Shown here: positions 57,641 to 64,000 of the stretch, in pieces
Numbering within the stretch: the stretch's first letter is position 1
How the letters are laid out: every line of letters begins with the position of its first letter
Source of the DNA: a virus
Strand: one strand, 5' to 3'
Virus record (IMG/VR): IMGVR_UViG_3300048580_000372
Span: 1-64,000 of that record
DNA: 64,000 nt
Made by a program: the position numbers and the translations under genes
Notes under the pieces: generated by a model
The model's input: only the letters and a program-made list of their open reading frames with translations
Database searches by the model: none
What the model was told of the DNA's origin: nothing

Positions 57641-58239
57641 TTAATTTTCTTCAATTCTTCTGTGTGTTTCTTAATTTCTTTATCATCCATGCCTGTATCT
57701 TTACACAATTCAACAAGGCGTTCTTGGGTGATAATCATCTTAAAAGTGTCCATTTCCTGCTTCCCAATCAATGGGTTATGGATTTTAATTAACGCATCTA
57801 TCAAAGGCGTACTGGAAGTACCTGCAACAGGAACCCAACCATGCATTGTACGAGGATTGCCTGTGCCAGCCACACACAACATCAACCATTGTAATTTTTT
57901 ATGGTCACGGTCTTTGGATGATGGGATATTGAATAATCCAATTTTATTAATCATTTCGTTAATGAACACAATACTATTTTGTGTTTCTGATGAATGCTCA
58001 ACATTAAAACCTTTGTTGACTGTGGTTAACCATCGCAACAATACTGGTGGGAATATGGATGCACGTTCTTCTTCTGTGCATTTGTCATAAAAATCAAAAT
58101 CTTTCCTATTGATAGCTGGCATAACATCCTTGAACAAATCCAATTTATACTTTTTTACTTCTTCAATTGGTTCTTCATCTTTGAATGTTGTCTTGGGTTT
58201 TTTAGCCATTGTGTATCCTTTAATAAAAATGCTTCCCAA
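57637..58239 (-). CDS. Hypothetical protein, possibly clamp-loader small-subunit-like
   Basis: LDLF..M.AI..KD..FY...P.VLLRW; located in the replication block. Confidence 0.35.
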   Translation of the reverse strand: MGSIFIKGYTMAKKPKTTFKDEEPIEEVKKYKLDLFKDVMPAINRKDFDFYDKCTEEERASIFPPVLLRWLTTVNKGFNVEHSSETQNSIVFINEMINKIGLFNIPSSKDRDHKKLQWLMLCVAGTGNPRTMHGWVPVAGTSSTPLIDALIKIHNPLIGKQEMDTFKMIITQERLVELCKDTGMDDKEIKKHTEELKKIK

Positions 58240-58278
58240 TCATAATATCGGGAAGCATTCCAAAAGTCAAATTTTCTG

Positions 58279-58611
58279 TTAGGCTGCTTCAAAAATCTTT
58301 ACCATTTCAGTAAGCTTCGCAACACCCTTCTCGTTGATAGTCAAAAATGCAATGTGCTTGCCTTCTGGGCTAATGTCGGCAAATTCCAAATAACCATCAT
58401 AAACCAAGTCAGTCAACGCCTCGTCGTTCTTCCATGGTAGGGAGGTTTTGGTGCGGGTATTGAATGGTCCCTTGGTTTCATCCAAGAAATAATAGTCATC
58501 AAAAACTTCAGGGGTGGATGCATCAGGATATTCCCGAAAGATTCCCCTAACCATCGCAGTGGTTAAAAGATAGTTCATCTGAACAGTTTCAAAAGGGGTC
58601 AATTTAGTCAT
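58279..58611 (-). CDS. Hypothetical early protein
   Basis: AAGGAG SD. Confidence 0.6.
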   Translation of the reverse strand: MTKLTPFETVQMNYLLTTAMVRGIFREYPDASTPEVFDDYYFLDETKGPFNTRTKTSLPWKNDEALTDLVYDGYLEFADISPEGKHIAFLTINEKGVAKLTEMVKIFEAA

Positions 58612-58623
58612 TTTCTTTACTCC

Positions 58624-58956
58624 TTAATCCACCATGCTGCTGGCATAAGCTGTAATACCATACTTTCGCATAACATTTGCAAAAGCAATTGCGCCACGTT
58701 CACGGGCGATAATGGACTGCCCAGTAGCCTTACCGGGATTGTTCACCATCACACCACCCTTATAATAACGATCAGCAGCCTTAATACTAACAAGATACTT
58801 CGCCATCTTGCAATTTCCAGGGCGCAAAATTGTCCAAGCGAAACCACAAATGTCCCTATCACCATACTTATCCACAAATTCCTGTGTAGCAGCTTCTGCA
58901 GCCATGAAAGCTTCTCCTGCAATCCGTTCAACATCAAAATCAGATAAAGTAGCCAT
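58624..58956 (-). CDS. Hypothetical early protein
   Basis: Start re-assigned to MATLSD after GGAGG; CGFAW and Q....E.GA.AFA motifs. Confidence 0.7.
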   Translation of the reverse strand: MATLSDFDVERIAGEAFMAAEAATQEFVDKYGDRDICGFAWTILRPGNCKMAKYLVSIKAADRYYKGGVMVNNPGKATGQSIIARERGAIAFANVMRKYGITAYASSMVD

Positions 58957-59006
58957 AATCTTCCTCCACCAATTGGTTAACCAGTATAACAGGATTTTTG
59001 GATTTG

Positions 59007-59324
59007 TCAACCCTTAAAAAATTCAACAGCAGCAGCAATCAATGCTGGCTCAAGAGGTCCACTACTACCGCTCACATATCGTGCAAGCCCTGTATAAAAA
59101 TGACCAGTCATAGTAGTAAGGTCAATATTGATATCAACACCATGCCCATTAATGTAGCCAACAGAACACAGCCGAATAAATCGGTCATCAATATCAACAT
59201 CAACATCAACTGATTTAGTGCCATCAAACAATTTAATGGCATTATTTTCCCAATGGCTGTCAAAACAAAACGCAATCTGCACAAGTTTGTTACCATTACA
59301 ATATCCAACCAGCACAATAGACAT
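59007..59324 (-). CDS. Hypothetical early protein
   Basis: AAGGAG SD. Confidence 0.6.
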   Translation of the reverse strand: MSIVLVGYCNGNKLVQIAFCFDSHWENNAIKLFDGTKSVDVDVDIDDRFIRLCSVGYINGHGVDINIDLTTMTGHFYTGLARYVSGSSGPLEPALIAAAVEFFKG

Positions 59325-59374
59325 GATTTTTCTCCTTCAATTGTTTAACCAGTATAACAGAATTTTTGGATTTG

Positions 59375-59752
59375 TCAAGCGAGATTCAACAGTTCACGCT
59401 CTTCCTTGGTCAACTTCGCAAGGGCTGCAGCCTTCTTCGCCATACGCTCTTCAGCTTCCAACCTATCACTACGCTTGTCTTCAACGTCCAACGCAAGTTC
59501 CCGAAGAGTCTCTGCGTTTTCTTCAGTCCAATAATTATCAAACACGAACCTGCGACTGCGAGCGTCGTCATAATCACGAACGACAAACTGGAAATTCACA
59601 ACCTTAACTTCAAAGGTTTCAGCTGTGGCGTTGGTAAGGACTTCCATCATCCGAGTAGGATAACTATCAAAAGCCTCCTTATCACGACGAGCCTTCTCCA
59701 TCATCGCTTCATATTCACGTTCAGCCTTGGTCTTGCGAGCCATAATCGTCAC
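59375..59752 (-). CDS. Hypothetical early protein
   Basis: GGAG SD; C-terminal ALAKLTKEERELL. Confidence 0.7.
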   Translation of the reverse strand: MTIMARKTKAEREYEAMMEKARRDKEAFDSYPTRMMEVLTNATAETFEVKVVNFQFVVRDYDDARSRRFVFDNYWTEENAETLRELALDVEDKRSDRLEAEERMAKKAAALAKLTKEERELLNLA

Positions 59753-59915
59753 TCCATTTGATTAACTGTACCAAGTATAACAGATTATTTGGATTTGTCA
59801 AATGGTATTTTGAAATAAAATACACAATTTTCAAACAAATTGATAAATAAGTATAGGAGGGCGTTGGCACACCCCCCTACACAAGAACACAACTTTATTC
59901 TGGGAGAATAAAATT

Positions 59916-61256
59916 ATGAACAATATTATTTATCATAACATAAGAGAACAAGAAAAGAAAAAATTAGAATTTTGGAATAATTATTTAAAAGATAATGGAT
60001 ATACTTTAATCTCTGCAGATTATCGTGGAAATGGAGTTATAATACTTAGTTTTTCAGACTCAACTGGGATAATATATAGTAGAAAAATATCAAGATTAAA
60101 AACAATTGGTTTACAAAATTTAACACCAAAAAGTAATAAACCAAAAACCAAAAATATTATAGGTGACGAATATTTTGAAATAATTAAAAACATTGCCAAA
60201 TCAAGAGGTGGTAAAATAATATCAAATGGTTATAAAAATAGTGGAACAAAAATAGAATGTGAAGACATTGCAGGTAATCATTTTTGGATGTCACCAGAAT
60301 GCATAAAACGAGGTAGTTGGAGTCCATATGAAAAAAACACTTGTGAACATATATGCAGACAGATATTTGAATATATATTCAATTGTAAATTTATTATAAC
60401 AAATAAAATTGTTGTTAGACAAGGGAAGGTCAATCTCCAATTAGATGGGTATAATGATAATGTTATAATAAACAATAAATCTTATAAAATAGCATTTGAA
60501 TATCAAGGTTATTATTCACACAGAACCGACCAAAATGCCATCGAACGAGATAATTATAAAAAAGAATATTGTAAAAATAATAATATTGTTTTATTTGTAA
60601 TTGATGAATTTTCAAAACATCTACTCGATGATAACTGGATATTTTCATATATAAAAAATATGATAGTTGAACAATTTCCAGAAATTAATATAAATTACGA
60701 TTTTAAAATAAGATACGACCTTATAAATTCAAATATTATTAAATACAATTATTGGAAAAATAAAGCAGAACAAGACGGATTCACATTAATAAGCGAAACA
60801 TATATCAATTGTGGCAATAAAATGATATGGAAAAGAAACAGCGATGGTTATATTTTCAAACGAAGCATTGACAACATACTACAAAATGGTTGGCCACCAA
60901 ACAACAATATATCAAAAGGAAAACTATTAACAAAAACTGAATTATTAAATAGAATACAAAATAAATGTCAACAATATGGTGGAAAACTTTTAGACACAGA
61001 ATGGAAGGGAGACCGCACAAAACATAAATTCCTTGATGTTTTGGGAAACGAATTTGAATCAATGCCATGCAATGTTTTTCATAAAAACAGTTGGTCACCA
61101 TATGAAACAAACCGCTATTGTACTATTCACAAAGAAAATAATATGTTATATATAACAACAAAAAATAACACAGAGTTATGTTATGATATATCCAATGAAA
61201 AAATATTAAAATATGTGAAATATCCAACAGGAGAGATTAAATATTTCTCCTGCTGA
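59916..61256 (+). CDS. Putative homing-type endonuclease (repeat modules plus PD-(D/E)xK domain)
   Basis: Repeated GG.(I/L)...Y/W.....K....D..GN.F...P......WSPYE modules; LQLDGYN...AFEYQG..SH; opposite strand to neighbours. Confidence 0.7.
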   Translation: MNNIIYHNIREQEKKKLEFWNNYLKDNGYTLISADYRGNGVIILSFSDSTGIIYSRKISRLKTIGLQNLTPKSNKPKTKNIIGDEYFEIIKNIAKSRGGKIISNGYKNSGTKIECEDIAGNHFWMSPECIKRGSWSPYEKNTCEHICRQIFEYIFNCKFIITNKIVVRQGKVNLQLDGYNDNVIINNKSYKIAFEYQGYYSHRTDQNAIERDNYKKEYCKNNNIVLFVIDEFSKHLLDDNWIFSYIKNMIVEQFPEININYDFKIRYDLINSNIIKYNYWKNKAEQDGFTLISETYINCGNKMIWKRNSDGYIFKRSIDNILQNGWPPNNNISKGKLLTKTELLNRIQNKCQQYGGKLLDTEWKGDRTKHKFLDVLGNEFESMPCNVFHKNSWSPYETNRYCTIHKENNMLYITTKNNTELCYDISNEKILKYVKYPTGEIKYFSC

Positions 61257-61270
61257 ACACAAGTATATGG

Positions 61271-61777
61271 TCATGGTGCTACAGGTTTTAATTCTGCCAA
61301 CACTTGATCTGCCATTTTCATACTTATAATAATATCTGGGTCAACTACAGCACCACTTTGTGGATCGCCTTTTTTAATTTTATCCACAGCTGTCATTCCC
61401 GAAATTACCACACCCCACACAGAGTACTGGCGATCCAAAAATGTTGAATCTGCAAGACAAATAAAGAATTGTGATGATGCAGAATTAACATCTGAACTTC
61501 TGGCCATACTGCATATTCCCCTTGTATGACTTATCTGGTTAAACTCAGCCTCAATGTTAACGCCACTACCACCTGTGCCGTTTTTATTTATTGGGTCTCC
61601 GGACTGTGCAACAAACCCTGCTATAACCCGATGAAATGGTGCCCCATCATAAAACCCAGACCTCACAAGCTCCTTTATCCTTGAAACGTGTTTTGGTGCA
61701 TATTGTGGCAACATTTGAATAGCCACTGTACCATCTTTTAATTCTAAATATAATATATTGTTCAAATCTATTTCCAT
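61271..61777 (-). CDS. Cyclophilin-type peptidyl-prolyl isomerase
   Basis: APKH..RI..L...GFYDG..FHRVI.GFVAQ.GDP, SMARS, SASSQFFI, LD.QY.VWG.V. Confidence 0.92.
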   Translation of the reverse strand: MEIDLNNILYLELKDGTVAIQMLPQYAPKHVSRIKELVRSGFYDGAPFHRVIAGFVAQSGDPINKNGTGGSGVNIEAEFNQISHTRGICSMARSSDVNSASSQFFICLADSTFLDRQYSVWGVVISGMTAVDKIKKGDPQSGAVVDPDIIISMKMADQVLAELKPVAP

Positions 61778-61787
61778 AATAGTCTCC

Positions 61788-62309
61788 TTAAATTAATTTA
61801 CTAATATCTAATACTTCTGAAATTTTTGATATTTCTTTTACAAAAAATGCACACATTGGATTATGACCTTCTTCTAATGGAACAGTCAAAATATGCCCAC
61901 TTTTTAATTTTGGAACAGTCCACTTAATATTTGGAAAAATATTAACTACTTCAATTGTCAAAAAACTTGGCAAATATCCTTTTCTATTTTCCCCAATAGG
62001 ATTAAAACAAAATCCCTTAAATCCACGATCATTCAAATGTTTTATATTCATTACTTCTATACAATCCAAATCACCAACAACAATACTCCAATCTAATGGG
62101 ACAGCCACAAAATATTGTTCCCCAATCATTAACTCAACTACAGGACTGGAAAAAGTCTCAATCATAACTAATGGATGGAAATAATAGTCTACATTGTTTG
62201 GATCAGCATAATCTAATACACAAAATCGTATATCGTCAATTTGTTCAGGTACCTCATTCATTTCAAACGAAGCATTAAAATTCGTTAATATTTTCATAGC
62301 GTTCTCCAA
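61788..62309 (-). CDS. Hypothetical phage protein
   Basis: 173 aa ORF downstream of the helicase. Confidence 0.7.
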   Translation of the reverse strand: MENAMKILTNFNASFEMNEVPEQIDDIRFCVLDYADPNNVDYYFHPLVMIETFSSPVVELMIGEQYFVAVPLDWSIVVGDLDCIEVMNIKHLNDRGFKGFCFNPIGENRKGYLPSFLTIEVVNIFPNIKWTVPKLKSGHILTVPLEEGHNPMCAFFVKEISKISEVLDISKLI

Positions 62310-62361
62310 AAAGTTTCATAATTTTATTTATATGAACTTTTTGGATTTGGTAAAAATTATT

Positions 62362-63204
62362 TTAACGGTACTCAACCTTCGTCACTGTGTATGGATACTT
62401 AGCTTCGTCATAAAACTTCTTTCTTTCAGATAAGTGTTTCTTGGAGTATTTAGTAGATGCAGTAATATCAAAAATGTTCGCGAAGTCTTTATCACTCGAC
62501 ATTCTAATACTTCTACCAATACTTTGAATAACCTTGATAAAACTTTTACCAGCTTCAACCATAACCAAATTAAATATTCGAGGAATATTAATACCAGTGC
62601 TACAAGTACCAAATGTTGCAATCAAAATTTCATTATTCGAATTATTAACTTCTTCAAAATGCTCCCTGCGTTTTTTATTCTTTGTGGCACCTTGAATAAA
62701 GATAGTATCTTTGGTTATATATTCAACCAACTTTTCACCTGTTTCAATTCTATCAATTAAAACCAAAGTATTCCCTGTATTGGACACTTCTTCAATAAAA
62801 TTAGCCAACCAACGAACCCTTGTTTCATCTGTAACCAAGAACCTATATTCGTCTGCATATTCTTTATAAGAAACATGGTCTTTAGTTTGAATAATATCAA
62901 TATGCAAATTAGCCAACACACCTTGGTCCTGCAATTCATGAGCTTTCAACGTATTAACAATTGGACCAATACAAAACAACAAACACAAAGAATCTATTTC
63001 ATCTTTTGGAATTGTTCCTGTAAATCCCCAACGAATTGGAATATTGGCAAATGGACCAGTCAAAAGTTCTTGCAATTTATCTGCTTTTGTGGTGTGACAA
63101 TTGGCGACAATAGCATCATCAACTATATAATTGTGATCATTTTTAATATGAAGATTATACACCTCATTTGGCTTTTCTATTTCTTTTCTTTTTACAAGCT
63201 TCAT
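62362..63204 (-). CDS. uvsW: Split-intein C-fragment (35 aa) fused to the C-terminal half of a UvsW-like SF2 helicase
   Basis: VYNLHIKNDHNYIVDDAIVAN|CH (rest of the DExH box), GFTGT, STGINIP, QSIGRSIR. Confidence 0.85.
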   Translation of the reverse strand: MKLVKRKEIEKPNEVYNLHIKNDHNYIVDDAIVANCHTTKADKLQELLTGPFANIPIRWGFTGTIPKDEIDSLCLLFCIGPIVNTLKAHELQDQGVLANLHIDIIQTKDHVSYKEYADEYRFLVTDETRVRWLANFIEEVSNTGNTLVLIDRIETGEKLVEYITKDTIFIQGATKNKKRREHFEEVNNSNNEILIATFGTCSTGINIPRIFNLVMVEAGKSFIKVIQSIGRSIRMSSDKDFANIFDITASTKYSKKHLSERKKFYDEAKYPYTVTKVEYR

Positions 63205-64000
63205 AACATTTCTCCAATTTTTTAACTGTTTCTAACTCTAATTCATTTAATCTAAAATTATACCAATTATCATAAATCCAATCTTCATCTATAACACTAT
63301 AGCAGTAACCATTGGTTAAACACCAATTTAATAATGCTGTTTCTTTGATTTTTTCTTTAATTCTTGTTTGATGGATTTTTGGCTTAATTTCGTACACCAT
63401 TTTTGTATCATGATTTATAAAATCAACTATATAAACCTTTGTTTTTCCATCAAGTTCATATTTGATTCTCAATGTTTCATAATCACAACCTTCATTTATA
63501 TGGACAAATGCAGCTTCCCAACTTGAACGATATTTTTGTCCTTTATAAACTGTTGTCATATGGGTATTACTATTATGAATATTTGGGGTGAACTTACCAT
63601 CTGCAATCAATTCTTTCATACATTCTGATTTTTGTTCACGTTCTTCTTCTGAATAAACAGTTCCAAACATTGGATTTCTATCACCAATTTTAGATTCACT
63701 TATTTTTTTAACAGATTCATTTGTTTCTTTAGTTAGCCCTTTATTCCAAGCGGTAACTACCCCAACTGTTCCTGTATGCCAAGGAACCCCTGTGTTCAAA
63801 TTTAATTTAATTTTATCACCATGTTGTTGTTGACACGCAATACCACCTTTTTTAGCTGTTAATGTTATAATTAATTGTTCTGTTTTTTCACGTTCTTGTT
63901 TATCTGTTGAATACAACGAATCAATAAAATTTATTAACACGCCATGTTCAATTCTTCTTTTAAAAGTGTTTATTTCAACAGGAGTATTCAATTGGACACC
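63164..64000 (-). CDS. Homing-type endonuclease (NUMOD-like repeats plus TnsA-like PD-(D/E)xK); may be 5'-truncated by the window edge
   Basis: AWNKGLTKE, KISESKIGDRNPMFG, YRSSWE, YIVDF...EIKP; frame open to the window end. Confidence 0.75.
   Translation of the reverse strand, partial: GVQLNTPVEINTFKRRIEHGVLINFIDSLYSTDKQEREKTEQLIITLTAKKGGIACQQQHGDKIKLNLNTGVPWHTGTVGVVTAWNKGLTKETNESVKKISESKIGDRNPMFGTVYSEEEREQKSECMKELIADGKFTPNIHNSNTHMTTVYKGQKYRSSWEAAFVHINEGCDYETLRIKYELDGKTKVYIVDFINHDTKMVYEIKPKIHQTRIKEKIKETALLNWCLTNGYCYSVIDEDWIYDNWYNFRLNELELETVKKLEKCYEACKKKRNRKAK

Larger units (their letters stand above)
58977..59801 (-). promoter_or_regulatory. Three near-identical early promoters, one per gene
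   Basis: TTGACAAATCCAAA(A/T)A..CTGTTATACT at ~58981-59010, ~59349-59378 and ~59771-59801. Confidence 0.85.

Overview
AT-rich segment of a large T4-related (Rak2/GAP32-style) myovirus genome, most likely infecting an alphaproteobacterium (inferred mainly from the circularly permuted tmRNA). It encodes replication genes (gp41/DnaB-like helicase, primase, miniature DnaE-like protein, C-terminal half of a UvsW-like helicase, dUTPase, PD-(D/E)xK exonuclease) and virion genes (PAAR-peptidase M15 fusion, beta-helix fibre, Ig/LamG protein). A ~30 kb late block of proteins shares N-terminal motifs resembling the T4 capsid-targeting sequence. Host-like genes are mgsA, a cyclophilin and YgjV; mobile DNA comprises a TnpB-only IS inside a phage gene and several homing-type endonucleases. 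The most unusual items are non-coding or cryptic: (1) a stand-alone ~440-nt transcript of repeated SD-microORF units, one encoding MTSIRAGP-stop (the SecM arrest motif); (2) a phage-encoded two-piece permuted tmRNA ~2 kb away; (3) a ~500-nt structured RNA with three tRNA T-loop hairpins but no full tRNA; (4) two genes fractured by split inteins with adjacent endonucleases. All calls come from reading motifs by eye; no database searches were run.
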